In this document: piece by piece, positions 24,609 to 34,093 of the stretch
Position numbering within the stretch: position 1 is the first letter of the stretch
Layout: every line of letters starts with the position of its first letter
Assembly: GCA_021810025.1 (NCBI GenBank)
Contig: JAJZJS010000001.1
Location: 154,790 to 218,789 of the forward strand
Direction: 5' to 3'
DNA: 64,000 nt
DNA from: a bacterium
GTDB lineage: Bacteria; Patescibacteriota; Saccharimonadia; Saccharimonadales; UBA4665
Translations under genes and position numbers: made by a program
The notes under the pieces: model-generated
Told to the model about the DNA's origin: nothing
The model's input: only the letters and a program-made list of their open reading frames with translations
Databases searched by the model: none

Positions 24609-26153
24609 ATGAGTGTAGGAATCATCTATACAAGAGTTTCAACAAAAGAACAGGCAGAGAAACGATTAAGTTTAGATAACCAAGAAAAAGAGTGCAAAGC
24701 ATTTGCATATAAGCAACAAAATATACAAATTCCAGATATAAATATATTTAGTGATAGAGGAGAATCTGCTAAATTTGCAGATCGTCCTGAACTACAGAGA
24801 ATGCTCCAATTTGTTAAAAACAATAAGGGAAAGATAGAAGTTTTATATATCTGGAAAATCGATAGATTAGCAAGAAACTTAGGAGACTATTATGGGATTA
24901 AGGTTGCTCTTGGGAAGTATGGAGTAAAGATAGTATCGGTTACAGAGCCCATAGACGATGATCCAGTGGGAAGATTTCTAGAAGCCATATTAGCTGCTGC
25001 AGCTCAATTTGATAATGAAATTAGAGCCATTAGAAGTGTAACAGGCATGAGACAAAGAGTTGAACAAGGAGAATGGCCTCATAGTGCACCGATAGGTTAT
25101 ATAAAACGAAACAGGAGCGTAGTTATTGATTCAATATATGGATCTAAAGTACAAGATGTTCTTAATAAGTTTGCAACAGGACTTTATAGTGTAACCGATA
25201 TTTCTCGTTATGCATTCGAGATAGGCATTAAAACAAAGAGCGGTAAGCCAAAATCATACGAGGCAATGAAAAAGCTCCTCATAAATTTCTTCTATTCTGG
25301 TTATACTAAAAATAAACTTAGCGATAAGGTTATCAAGGGCAGACATACTCCCTTAGTTGATGAAGAAATTATTTATAAGAATATAGATATTATCAACAAA
25401 AATAAAAAAATTATCGTAATAAAAGGAGATGATCTTTATTCTCTTAGAGGAACATTGCTTTGTACTAATTGCGGAAATAAATTAACGGCTAGTGCACCAA
25501 GAGGAAGAAGTAGAAACTACTCATTATATCAATGTGGCCGTAAGACGTGTACTAGAGCCATTACAGGTAAAAAAGCTAGCGTAGACGTAGATAAAGTTCA
25601 TAAACAATTTAGAGAGCTTCTAGAAGCTCGTAGACCGTTAAATAAAGGAATTGCAAGACTGTACAAGACCTTAGTAATAAAAGCATGGAATGATGAGTAT
25701 GGAAAAGCTCTAGAAACTTCTACACAAGTTAATCGTGAAATAGAGACGTATAAAGAGCTTAGATTCTCGACAAATCAAAAATTTATTGCAGATAAGATTA
25801 CCGAAGAAGACAAGAATGAACAAATAAATAGATTGGATGAAAAAATAGAAACTTTAGAACAAGAAAAGGTCGAAATGGACAGTTACGTTAAAGAAAAAGA
25901 ACAGGTAGTAGATGAAGCTATGACTTTTATTCAGACTCCCGATATTTTCTGGAACCGAGCCAGTACAAGAAGTAGGCGAGCTATTCAGTCATTACTTTTT
26001 CCATCCGGAATACCTTATGATTTTGAAACCGGATTTGGAACCACAGAAGATATAGATTCCTATCTGTTATTAAACAAAATTACTGAAAAAAAAGCAAAAA
26101 AAGACGATTTGGTAGCGACGAGTGGACTTGAACCACTGACCCCAGGCTTATGA
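24609..26153 (+). CDS. large serine recombinase (serine integrase)
   Basis: The resolvase catalytic domain reads VGIIYTRVSTKEQ...DRGESAK...IDRLARN. A recombinase domain follows, then a Cys-rich zinc ribbon (LLCTNCGNKL...YQCGRKTC) and a long coiled coil. Total length is 514 aa, and the last 44 nt are antisense to the tRNA. Confidence 0.9.
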   Translation: MSVGIIYTRVSTKEQAEKRLSLDNQEKECKAFAYKQQNIQIPDINIFSDRGESAKFADRPELQRMLQFVKNNKGKIEVLYIWKIDRLARNLGDYYGIKVALGKYGVKIVSVTEPIDDDPVGRFLEAILAAAAQFDNEIRAIRSVTGMRQRVEQGEWPHSAPIGYIKRNRSVVIDSIYGSKVQDVLNKFATGLYSVTDISRYAFEIGIKTKSGKPKSYEAMKKLLINFFYSGYTKNKLSDKVIKGRHTPLVDEEIIYKNIDIINKNKKIIVIKGDDLYSLRGTLLCTNCGNKLTASAPRGRSRNYSLYQCGRKTCTRAITGKKASVDVDKVHKQFRELLEARRPLNKGIARLYKTLVIKAWNDEYGKALETSTQVNREIETYKELRFSTNQKFIADKITEEDKNEQINRLDEKIETLEQEKVEMDSYVKEKEQVVDEAMTFIQTPDIFWNRASTRSRRAIQSLLFPSGIPYDFETGFGTTEDIDSYLLLNKITEKKAKKDDLVATSGLEPLTPGL

Positions 26154-26186
26154 GTCCTGTGCTCTAACCAGCTGAGCTACGCCGCC
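26110..26186 (-). tRNA. tRNA-Met (CAT), elongator type, with non-Watson-Crick pairs in the acceptor and anticodon stems
   Basis: The reverse complement is GGCGGCGTAGCTCAGCTGGTTAGAGCACAGGACTCATAAGCCTGGGGTCAGTGGTTCAAGTCCACTCGTCGCTACCA. The D and T stems are perfect, while the acceptor stem has G1.U72 and G5.U68 and the anticodon stem has A31.G39. The D arm and variable loop resemble E. coli metT as I recall it. Confidence 0.8.
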
Positions 26187-26282
26187 CCAAGTCTTCATTA
26201 TATTAAAAAAGTGTTCATAAACCCAAAGTTTTTTCTTATAGATTTTTGAAGGATTTAATTGAATTAACTTTGATTAATTAGA

Positions 26283-27200
26283 TTGGGTATACTTATGGAT
26301 AGTATGTTGAGCCCTATTATTATCAAAGAACCTTCTTTAGTTGCCGTAAGTGGTGGCGTGGATTCGGTTGTCTTACTCCATTTACTTCTAAGTTCCAATA
26401 TAGACAATAAGCTTAAACTAACTGTTGCTCATTTTGATCATGGGATTAGGCCGAATTCTGATCAGGATCTTCGGTTCGTACAAAATCTGGCCAAAAAATA
26501 TGGACTGCAATTTGTATCAGATAAAGCTTATCTAGGACCAAATGCTTCAGAAGATGATGCCCGTAAAGCACGTTATCAATTTTTTGAACAGGCTTTAATT
26601 GATACTAAGTTGACTAAACTTATAACTGCTCATCACCAAGATGACTTAATTGAAACAGGTTTGATTAATTTAATCAGAGGAACTAAAAGTCGTGGTTTAA
26701 GTGCCATGATAGATAATCCAAATATTAAACGACCTTTACTAGCATACCCTAAGCAATCCCTGATTAGATATGCCCAAAAAAATAAACTAGTCTGGAAGGA
26801 GGATAATACTAATCAAGATCTTAAATACTTACGCAATTACCTTCGAATTAAGATTGTTCCTAAGATGTCTAATGAGCAACGACAGGCAATGGTTAAAATC
26901 GCATTCAATTCCAGTCAAATTAACCGAAAGGTCGAACAAGAATTAACACATATCTTTCATTCAATTGACATAAAACACATCGAAAGAGAATGGTATAATA
27001 GTTTAGATTTAACGATTCAACGTGAAATAATTGCATTTATGTTGCGTCAACATGAATATAGGAACTATTCTGAAAAAAGTTTAGAACGATTAGCAGTCTT
27101 ATTAAAAGTTGCTCAATCTGGTAAGTTTATTGAGGTTAATCAGTGCTTAGGCTTTAAAATAACTGAGAAATCACTGGCACTCATTACTAAAGAGCGCTAG
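26283..27200 (+). CDS. tilS: tRNA(Ile)-lysidine synthase
   Basis: PP-loop VAVSGGVDSVVLLHLL, plus HFDHGIR and TAHHQDDLIET. The probable start is ATG 26295. Confidence 0.85.
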   Translation: MGILMDSMLSPIIIKEPSLVAVSGGVDSVVLLHLLLSSNIDNKLKLTVAHFDHGIRPNSDQDLRFVQNLAKKYGLQFVSDKAYLGPNASEDDARKARYQFFEQALIDTKLTKLITAHHQDDLIETGLINLIRGTKSRGLSAMIDNPNIKRPLLAYPKQSLIRYAQKNKLVWKEDNTNQDLKYLRNYLRIKIVPKMSNEQRQAMVKIAFNSSQINRKVEQELTHIFHSIDIKHIEREWYNSLDLTIQREIIAFMLRQHEYRNYSEKSLERLAVLLKVAQSGKFIEVNQCLGFKITEKSLALITKER

Positions 27201-27234
27201 AATATATAATTAAAAGGTGTATAATTAATTTAGT

Positions 27235-29103
27235 ATGGACAATAAATCTGTTAAAAATAAAGGCCCAATGGTTCCTAATAGAAAGCCCGGCATGAGAAAT
27301 GCCGGGTTTATAGCACTTATCATTTTATTTGTCTTAATTATTTATTCGGCCCTAAATCGACCAAGTAATCTCAAAACTATTCCCATTACGACTGCTGTTA
27401 AAAATGCTAACAACGGACAATATTCAAACCTAAGCGTTAATGGTAACGAAGTTAAGATTACTGTGAAAGGTCAAAAATCTGCCACCCTTCGTACATACGA
27501 GGAACCTAACGCTACCTTAAGAGATGAAGGTCTTAACTACAACAAAGTTCAAGTATCGGCAGCCCCAATTACTTCTAGCTCTTCGACTTGGATTGGTATA
27601 CTTGAGACTGTTGGTCCGGTTATTGCGATTGGAATAATTCTGTATCTAATGATGAAAAGTGCCCAGGGTCAGGGTAATCAAGCTTTAAGTTTTGGAAAAA
27701 GTCGTGCACGACTATATGGTAACGAGAAAGATAAAGTAAGCTTTAAAGATGTAGCGGGTTCAGACGAAGCTAAACAAGACTTAGAAGAAGTCGTAGAATT
27801 CTTAAAGTTTCCTAAAAAATTCTCTAGCCTTGGAGCCAAGATTCCGAAAGGGGTCTTGTTGGTTGGTCCTCCTGGAACTGGTAAAACAATGCTTTCCCGA
27901 GCGGTAGCTGGAGAGGCCAATGTTCCTTTTTTCAGTATTTCAGGATCTGAATTTGTGGAAATGTTTGTTGGAGTTGGAGCAAGTCGAGTTCGAGATCTTT
28001 TTAATAAGGCCAAAAAAAATTCACCCTGTATAATATTTATTGACGAGATTGATGCTGTTGGTCGCAAAAGAGGAAGTGGTATGGGTGGTGGTCACGATGA
28101 AAGAGAACAAACTTTAAATCAAATTTTGGTTGAGATGGATGGATTCGAGCAAGGTCAAAATGTGATTGTTCTAGCTGCTACAAACCGATCTGATGTTTTA
28201 GATCCAGCTTTGCTTCGACCAGGTCGTTTTGATCGACGAGTAAATATAGGCCTACCAGACCGTAAAGATCGGGAGGCTATCTTAAAAGTACACTTTACCA
28301 AAAAGCCATTGGCTAAAGATGTTGACCTTGATGCTTTAGCAGCCAAAACGGCAGGTTCTTCGGGCGCCGATTTGGCTAATATTGCTAACGAATCAGCAAT
28401 TATAGCAGCCCGCAATAATCATACTCAGATCTCACAGGGTGATGTTACGGAAGCTTTTGAGAGAGTTGCTATTGGTCCAGAACGAAAAAGTAAAGTTATG
28501 ACCGATAAAGACAAATTTATCACCGCTTATCATGAATCTGGGCATGCGTTGGTTGGTCATGTTTTGCCCGATAGTGATCCTGTTCATAAGGTTACTATTA
28601 TTCCTAGGGGCGGGACAGGTGGTGTAACTTGGTTTATACCTCCAGAAGATCGCGTTTATGTGAGCTTAGTTCAGTTTAAGGACATGTTGGCACGAGGTAT
28701 GGGGGGTAGGATTGCCGAAGAGATAATTCTAGGACCTGACCATATTACAACTGGAGCTAGCTCTGATTTACAGAGTGCAGCCGAATTAGCTCGAGATATG
28801 GTTGTGAATCAGGGAATGGGCAAGAAACTTAGAGATCAAGTTTTTAAAGTTGATGATGGAATGATGATAGATCGACTTGTTCACGAAAAAGACTTCTCGG
28901 ATGAAACGGCTAAGGTTATAGACGATGAAGTTGAAGCGCTAATTACTGAAGCTGCCAATAGGGCTCGAATGGTAATTAAGGAAAACACTAAATACCTGGA
29001 AGCCTTAAAAGATCGCTTAATGGAAAAAGAAACTGTAGACTCCAAAGAGGTGGCAGAGGTTTTAGATGGTGCAAAACTGCCATCCAAAGCTAAATTATAC
29101 TAA
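27235..29103 (+). CDS. ftsH: ATP-dependent zinc metalloprotease FtsH
   Basis: Walker A GPPGTGKT, Walker [12 protein letters not shown] region [20 protein letters not shown], and zinc site HESGHAL. Two TM helices sit at the N-terminus. Confidence 0.97.
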   Translation: MDNKSVKNKGPMVPNRKPGMRNAGFIALIILFVLIIYSALNRPSNLKTIPITTAVKNANNGQYSNLSVNGNEVKITVKGQKSATLRTYEEPNATLRDEGLNYNKVQVSAAPITSSSSTWIGILETVGPVIAIGIILYLMMKSAQGQGNQALSFGKSRARLYGNEKDKVSFKDVAGSDEAKQDLEEVVEFLKFPKKFSSLGAKIPKGVLLVGPPGTGKTMLSRAVAGEANVPFFSISGSEFVEMFVGVGASRVRDLFNKAKKNSPCIIFIDEIDAVGRKRGSGMGGGHDEREQTLNQILVEMDGFEQGQNVIVLAATNRSDVLDPALLRPGRFDRRVNIGLPDRKDREAILKVHFTKKPLAKDVDLDALAAKTAGSSGADLANIANESAIIAARNNHTQISQGDVTEAFERVAIGPERKSKVMTDKDKFITAYHESGHALVGHVLPDSDPVHKVTIIPRGGTGGVTWFIPPEDRVYVSLVQFKDMLARGMGGRIAEEIILGPDHITTGASSDLQSAAELARDMVVNQGMGKKLRDQVFKVDDGMMIDRLVHEKDFSDETAKVIDDEVEALITEAANRARMVIKENTKYLEALKDRLMEKETVDSKEVAEVLDGAKLPSKAKLY

Positions 29104-29156
29104 AAAGCCAATAATTTTTAGCGTTTTAAAAAACTATCCTCTATTATACTTGTTAT

Positions 29157-30761
29157 ATGGTTGCAAATAGCAAAAAATCATCAAGCTCTCGAGCTCTTAA
29201 AATTAGCGTCCCAAATGCAGCTGCTCTTTTAATGGCTGCCACTTTTTTTGGACAACTCTTAGGATTTTTAAGAACTAAGCTTGTTAATGCTAACTTTCCA
29301 ATTTATGGACCGCATAGCACCGACGCTTACTTCGCGGCCTTTAACATACCAGATTTCTTTTTCTTTACTCTTTCAGCCGGTGCTTTAGGAGTCGCGCTAT
29401 TGCCAGTTTTATCTGATAGGTTACATAGCAAAGGAACTAAAGCTGTTTGGGAAATATCAACTTCAATTATGAATCTTTTGGCTATTATTATGTTTATTCT
29501 GGGAGTATTAACCGTTATTTTTGCCCATCAACTCATTCAATACATTGTTGCCCCAAATTTGCCTCCAGCTGATATAGATACAGCTGCTACTATTATGAGA
29601 TTTTTAGCCTTTAATCCTTTGATTTTCACTATCTCTGGGATATTAACTAGTGTTCAGCAATCACTCGGAAAGTTTTTTTTCTATGCAATTGCCCCTTTAT
29701 TTTATAACACGGCTATTATTGTTAGTATTTTTGTTTTTAAGCACAATATTGGAATTGTAGGTCTTGGCATAGGGGCTTTAGTGGGAGCTATATTACAGCT
29801 CGTGATTGTAGTAATAGGAGCTTATAATTCTAATTTTCATTGGTCGTTTCACATTCCATGGAAAAACAAAGACTTTAGAACAGTTCTTAAAAACTTACCT
29901 CCTCGATCTCTGGATCAAGGAATGGACCAAATTGAAGCTATTGTCGAAACACACATTGCCAGTGGTCTTGGAGTCGGATCAATTACGAACTATAACAATG
30001 CCTATATATTAAGTACTGCCCCTATTTTACTACTCGGAACAGCTATTAGTACGGCTGTTTTCCCAAAACTTACAAATCGCTTAAGCCAAAGCAGGCCGGA
30101 TTTATTTCGAAAGGATTTTCTTAAGACGATTAGAGTTATGATATGGATCAGTGCGCCCGTAGTTGTAACTGGTTATTATTGCCGAGGTTATTTAGCTCGT
30201 TTAATTTATACTCAAGGCAATCAAGAAATCTCAATTATTTTTGGCTATTTAACAGCGGCCATTTTCTTTGGGATTCTATATTCTCTTATTTCTCGTTGGT
30301 TTTATGCTCATAAAGACACCAAGACTCCGTTAATTGTTTCAGTCTTCACTATAATTATTAACGTTATCCTGGCTATTTCTTTATCTCGACCCAGCGTTTA
30401 TGGTGTGGCAGGTTTGGCTATTGCCCAGTCTATTGTGGCGGGTACAGAGGTTGCCATTCTAACTATTATTATGTTAATTAAAGATCACAAACTGTTAAAT
30501 GGTGAGTTTATTAAAGGATTAGTAAGGATAGTGTCAGTAACAGGATTTAGTATAGTTGCTGGCTTTATTATGATCTCAATTTTTCCTCTTTATATTAACG
30601 AAAAAGGTATTTTTGTTCTAGGAAGTCGATTGTTGTTTATCGCAGGTGTAACGATTTCAGTTCATATTATTGTCTCGGCCCTATTTGATATAGAAGAAGT
30701 TAAACCCGTTATAAGACGCTTGAAGCAAATTGTATTTAAGCCGGTAAAGTGGGGGGTTTGA
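29157..30761 (+). CDS. murJ: lipid II flippase MurJ (MviN family)
   Basis: 534-aa polytopic protein. The N-terminal pattern MAATFFGQLLGFLRTKLVNANF...AYFAAFNIPDFFF is typical of MurJ/MviN. Confidence 0.8.
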   Translation: MVANSKKSSSSRALKISVPNAAALLMAATFFGQLLGFLRTKLVNANFPIYGPHSTDAYFAAFNIPDFFFFTLSAGALGVALLPVLSDRLHSKGTKAVWEISTSIMNLLAIIMFILGVLTVIFAHQLIQYIVAPNLPPADIDTAATIMRFLAFNPLIFTISGILTSVQQSLGKFFFYAIAPLFYNTAIIVSIFVFKHNIGIVGLGIGALVGAILQLVIVVIGAYNSNFHWSFHIPWKNKDFRTVLKNLPPRSLDQGMDQIEAIVETHIASGLGVGSITNYNNAYILSTAPILLLGTAISTAVFPKLTNRLSQSRPDLFRKDFLKTIRVMIWISAPVVVTGYYCRGYLARLIYTQGNQEISIIFGYLTAAIFFGILYSLISRWFYAHKDTKTPLIVSVFTIIINVILAISLSRPSVYGVAGLAIAQSIVAGTEVAILTIIMLIKDHKLLNGEFIKGLVRIVSVTGFSIVAGFIMISIFPLYINEKGIFVLGSRLLFIAGVTISVHIIVSALFDIEEVKPVIRRLKQIVFKPVKWGV

Positions 30762-30789
30762 TTCTAATCATTTGATATAATGTTATGTC

Positions 30790-32568
30790 ATGAAAGATAA
30801 TTTAATTCGCAATTTTTGTATTATTGCTCATATTGATCACGGAAAATCCACTTTAGCTGATCGTCTGCTTGAGATTACGCATACGGTTGAAAAAAGAGAT
30901 ATGAAGAATCAGCTTTTAGATAAGATGGATTTGGAGCGAGAAAAAGGGATAACAATCAAGCTAGCTCCCGTTCGAATGAGTTATAAAGGGTACGAGTTGA
31001 ATTTAATAGATACACCAGGTCATGTTGATTTTAGTTACGAAGTATCTAAAAGTTTAGAGGCATGTGAAGGGGCTTTATTAATTGTTGATGCAACCCAAGG
31101 GATTCAAGCTCAAACTTTAGCCAATGTTTACTTAGCGCTGGCCGCTGAACTGGTTATCATACCGGTAATTAATAAAATTGATTTACCAGCTGCTGATCCA
31201 GACTTAGTGTCTAGAGAAATAATTAATTTATTGGGTTGCAACAATAAAGACATTCTCCAGATATCAGCTAAATCGGGCGATGGTGTTGAAATGGTTTTAA
31301 GTCATATCATCGATCGTATTCCAAGTCCTCGAGCTGATATTATTGAGCAAACCAGAGCTCTAATCTTTGATTCTTATTATGATGAATATAGGGGCGTTAT
31401 ATTATATGTAAGAGTTTTTGATGGACAAATTAAAAAGGGCGACTCAATCCAAATGATGTCTAATCAGGCTCATGGTATTGCCCTTGAATTAGGCTACTTA
31501 AATCCAAATATGATTTCTGAAACGAATTTAGCAAGAGGGGAGATTGGATATATAGTCACTAATCTTAAATCGACTTCTCAGGCTAGAGTTGGCGATACCA
31601 TTACCCTAGCTAAAAATCCAGCCAGAAGTTCACTGCCTGGATATAAAGATGTTAAGCCTTTCGTTTATGCTGGATTCTTCCCAACCTCCAATGAGCGTTA
31701 CGAAGATCTTAAAGAGGCAATTGAGAAATTAAGTTTGAGTGATTCAGCTTTAGTATTCGATCTTGAAAACTCTCCAGTTTTAGGTTTTGGAGTTCGGATA
31801 GGCTTTTTGGGAATGCTCCACATGGACATTATTAAAGAAAGATTAGAGCGAGAATATAACTTAGAATTGGTTGTTACTAATCCTTCTACCGACTATCTTG
31901 TTGTCTTAAATAATGATAAAGAGATTGATATAAAAAGCGCCTATGAATTACCAGATATCTCTTTAGTCAAAGAAATCAAAGAGCCTTGGATTAAAGGAGA
32001 AATAGTTGTTCCCAATGAGTATATAGGTGAAGTACTGCAACTTATTATTAATAAACGCGGATTGCAAAAGAATATATCTTACGTTGAAAATAGGGCCGTC
32101 ATCAATTTTGTGGCTCCGCTCGCCAATCTATTAACTGACTTTTATGATCAACTGAAAAGTATAACAAGCGGCTATGGCTCATTTAACTATGAGATGGATC
32201 AATACATCAGCGAAGATCTGGTACGTGTTGATTTCTATATTGCGTCTGAAAAAATTGATTCCTTGAGCGTCATCGTTCATCGCAAGGAAGCCCCATTCGT
32301 TGCTCGAACTACAGTTGAGAAACTGAAGGGAATTGTCCCTAGACAGAATTTTAAAGTTGCTATTCAGGCTGCAATTGGAGGAAAATACATTGCTAGAGAA
32401 GATCTAAGCGCTTATCGCAAGGATGTAACCAGTGGTCTTTATGGCGGTGATGTTAGCAGGAAGAAAAAAGTCTTAGCAAAACAAAAGAAAGGAAAAGAAA
32501 GGCTTAAGAAGTTTGGCCGTATTGAATTACCTTCAGAAGTATTCCGAGTTATGATTAGGCGAGATTAA
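30790..32568 (+). CDS. lepA: translation elongation factor 4 (LepA)
   Basis: IRNFCIIAHIDHGKSTLADRLL, DTPGHVDF, NKIDL, and the LepA-specific C-terminus ...YGGDVSRKKKVLAKQKKGKERLKKFGRIELP. Confidence 0.97.
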   Translation: MKDNLIRNFCIIAHIDHGKSTLADRLLEITHTVEKRDMKNQLLDKMDLEREKGITIKLAPVRMSYKGYELNLIDTPGHVDFSYEVSKSLEACEGALLIVDATQGIQAQTLANVYLALAAELVIIPVINKIDLPAADPDLVSREIINLLGCNNKDILQISAKSGDGVEMVLSHIIDRIPSPRADIIEQTRALIFDSYYDEYRGVILYVRVFDGQIKKGDSIQMMSNQAHGIALELGYLNPNMISETNLARGEIGYIVTNLKSTSQARVGDTITLAKNPARSSLPGYKDVKPFVYAGFFPTSNERYEDLKEAIEKLSLSDSALVFDLENSPVLGFGVRIGFLGMLHMDIIKERLEREYNLELVVTNPSTDYLVVLNNDKEIDIKSAYELPDISLVKEIKEPWIKGEIVVPNEYIGEVLQLIINKRGLQKNISYVENRAVINFVAPLANLLTDFYDQLKSITSGYGSFNYEMDQYISEDLVRVDFYIASEKIDSLSVIVHRKEAPFVARTTVEKLKGIVPRQNFKVAIQAAIGGKYIAREDLSAYRKDVTSGLYGGDVSRKKKVLAKQKKGKERLKKFGRIELPSEVFRVMIRRD

Positions 32569-32587
32569 ATTTTAAATAATATAAGAA

Positions 32588-33313
32588 ATGAACGATGAAT
32601 TAATTAAAGTAGTTAAAAATTATCAGCCTGACCCGAAGGTAACATCTGTCTTAAAAGACCAAAAAATCCTTTTTATGGTTGGTCCAACAAGTTCTGGAAA
32701 GAATACGATAATTAATCTATTGCTAGAAAAAGCAAACTATTTTTATAAGGTTATAACTTATACGACTCGGTCGCCTAGAATTAACAACGGCGTAATGGAA
32801 ATAAATCATCAAGATTATAACTTCATAGGAATTAATCGGGCTAAACAATTTATTCAAGAAAAACGTTTCATAGAATTAGCTATTTTTAATAATCAAATTT
32901 ATGGAACTGTCTTAGATCAATTTCAGGAAGCAGCGCGTTTAAATCTAATGCCTCTTCTGTCGGTTGATGTTCAAGGGATTGAGAAATATCAATCAATTTG
33001 TCCTGAAATGATAGCGATTTTCTTATTACCTCAATCCCTAGATCAACTTATTGAACGTTACTATATTCGTCATCCTAAAAACAAGATTACGGCCTTAGAC
33101 CTAAAAAAGAGACTACGATTTGCCCTGGATGAGCTGGAAAGCTTAATAAATAATAATTATTATTACCCAATCCTAAACAATGACAGTGAATTTGCCGTAA
33201 ATTCAATTTTAAGAATTATTGACAATCCCCAATCTCAACCCGATCGAACAGAATTAATAACATTAGCCAAAAAGATTCGACACCAAATAGAGACTTATTT
33301 AACCGACTTCTAG
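32588..33313 (+). CDS. gmk: guanylate kinase-like protein
   Basis: P-loop VGPTSSGKNT and TYTTRSPRINNGVMEINHQDYNFI (TTR.pR..E..g.dY.F). At 241 aa it is longer than typical Gmk. Confidence 0.6.
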   Translation: MNDELIKVVKNYQPDPKVTSVLKDQKILFMVGPTSSGKNTIINLLLEKANYFYKVITYTTRSPRINNGVMEINHQDYNFIGINRAKQFIQEKRFIELAIFNNQIYGTVLDQFQEAARLNLMPLLSVDVQGIEKYQSICPEMIAIFLLPQSLDQLIERYYIRHPKNKITALDLKKRLRFALDELESLINNNYYYPILNNDSEFAVNSILRIIDNPQSQPDRTELITLAKKIRHQIETYLTDF

Positions 33314-33322
33314 AAGGTCTCT

Positions 33323-33360
33323 CTAGCACTCTTGACTACAGAGTGCCAGAAGGGTATAAT
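33323..33360 (+). promoter_or_regulatory. CIRCE operator (HrcA site) overlapping a consensus sigma70-type promoter of hrcA-grpE
   Basis: CTAGCACTC-N9-GAGTGCCAG (33323-33349), compared with the consensus TTAGCACTC-N9-GAGTGCTAA. The -35 TTGACT (33332-33337) lies inside the spacer, followed by 17 nt and then TATAAT (33355-33360). Confidence 0.85.
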
Positions 33361-33377
33361 AGCGCTAGGTAAACATT

Positions 33378-34082
33378 ATGACAGAGCGCCAACAAAATAT
33401 TCTATCATCCATTATTGAACAGTATGCTGAAGTTGCCAGTCCTGTAGGTAGCAATCTATTGGCAAAGCTTTATAATGTTTCTTCGGCTACTATTCGTTCT
33501 GAGATGTCGGTCCTGGAAAGAGGCGGCTATATTAGCCAACCCCATACAAGCGCTGGACGTATTCCGACAGATAAAGGATATCGATTTTATGTTAATAATT
33601 TGGTTTTTAAAAATGACCAACCTCATGAGCTTAATGCTGAACGAGCCCTAGTTTCAAGAGTACAGAACGCTGGAGCTCCAGAACGCATGATCAAGAATGC
33701 CGTCGACACCTTGGTTGAATTAACGCATAACCTGGGACTTGCTACAATAGGAGATCAACTGTACATAAGCGGTTTAAGTAATCTTTTTGGACAACCAGAA
33801 TTTTTAAGCGGAATCAATGTTAGACAAGTAGCTCGCCTCCTGGACAATCTCGAGCCTTGGCTTCGGGAAGTTGCTCCGAACGAGCCCTTAAACGTATATA
33901 TTGGGCAAGAGAATCCAATTGGTCGTTCAGCTAATTGTAGTTTGATTATATCGCGCTTTAGGGGCCCTTATTCGGACCACAGCTATATAGGAATGTTAGG
34001 TCCAACTCGTCAAAGTTATCGAGAGGTAATGTACCTAGTGGGTCGTGCTGGTAGAGAACTAGAACAATCATTTTCAGTTTAA
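33378..34082 (+). CDS. hrcA: heat-inducible transcription repressor HrcA (short form, 234 aa)
   Basis: The N-terminal wHTH reads RQQNILSSIIEQYAEVASPVGSNLLAKLYNVSSATIRSEMSVLERGGYISQPHTSAGRIPTDKGYRFYV. It sits in the genomic context CIRCE-hrcA-grpE-CIRCE-dnaK-dnaJ. Confidence 0.9.
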   Translation: MTERQQNILSSIIEQYAEVASPVGSNLLAKLYNVSSATIRSEMSVLERGGYISQPHTSAGRIPTDKGYRFYVNNLVFKNDQPHELNAERALVSRVQNAGAPERMIKNAVDTLVELTHNLGLATIGDQLYISGLSNLFGQPEFLSGINVRQVARLLDNLEPWLREVAPNEPLNVYIGQENPIGRSANCSLIISRFRGPYSDHSYIGMLGPTRQSYREVMYLVGRAGRELEQSFSV

Positions 34083-34093
34083 GGAGTATAAAT

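Larger units (their letters stand above)
19362..26153. mobile_element. integrated genomic island bounded on the right by a large serine recombinase and tRNA-Met; left boundary unresolved (between about 18.6 and 20.9 kb)
   Basis: The recombinase sits at the tRNA-proximal end, with its ORF entering the tRNA. Cargo consists of decayed toxin genes, an orphan FtsK-gamma protein, a TerS-like protein and unknowns. By eye the interior is more AT-rich than the flanking pilin and tilS-ftsH regions. Confidence 0.6.
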
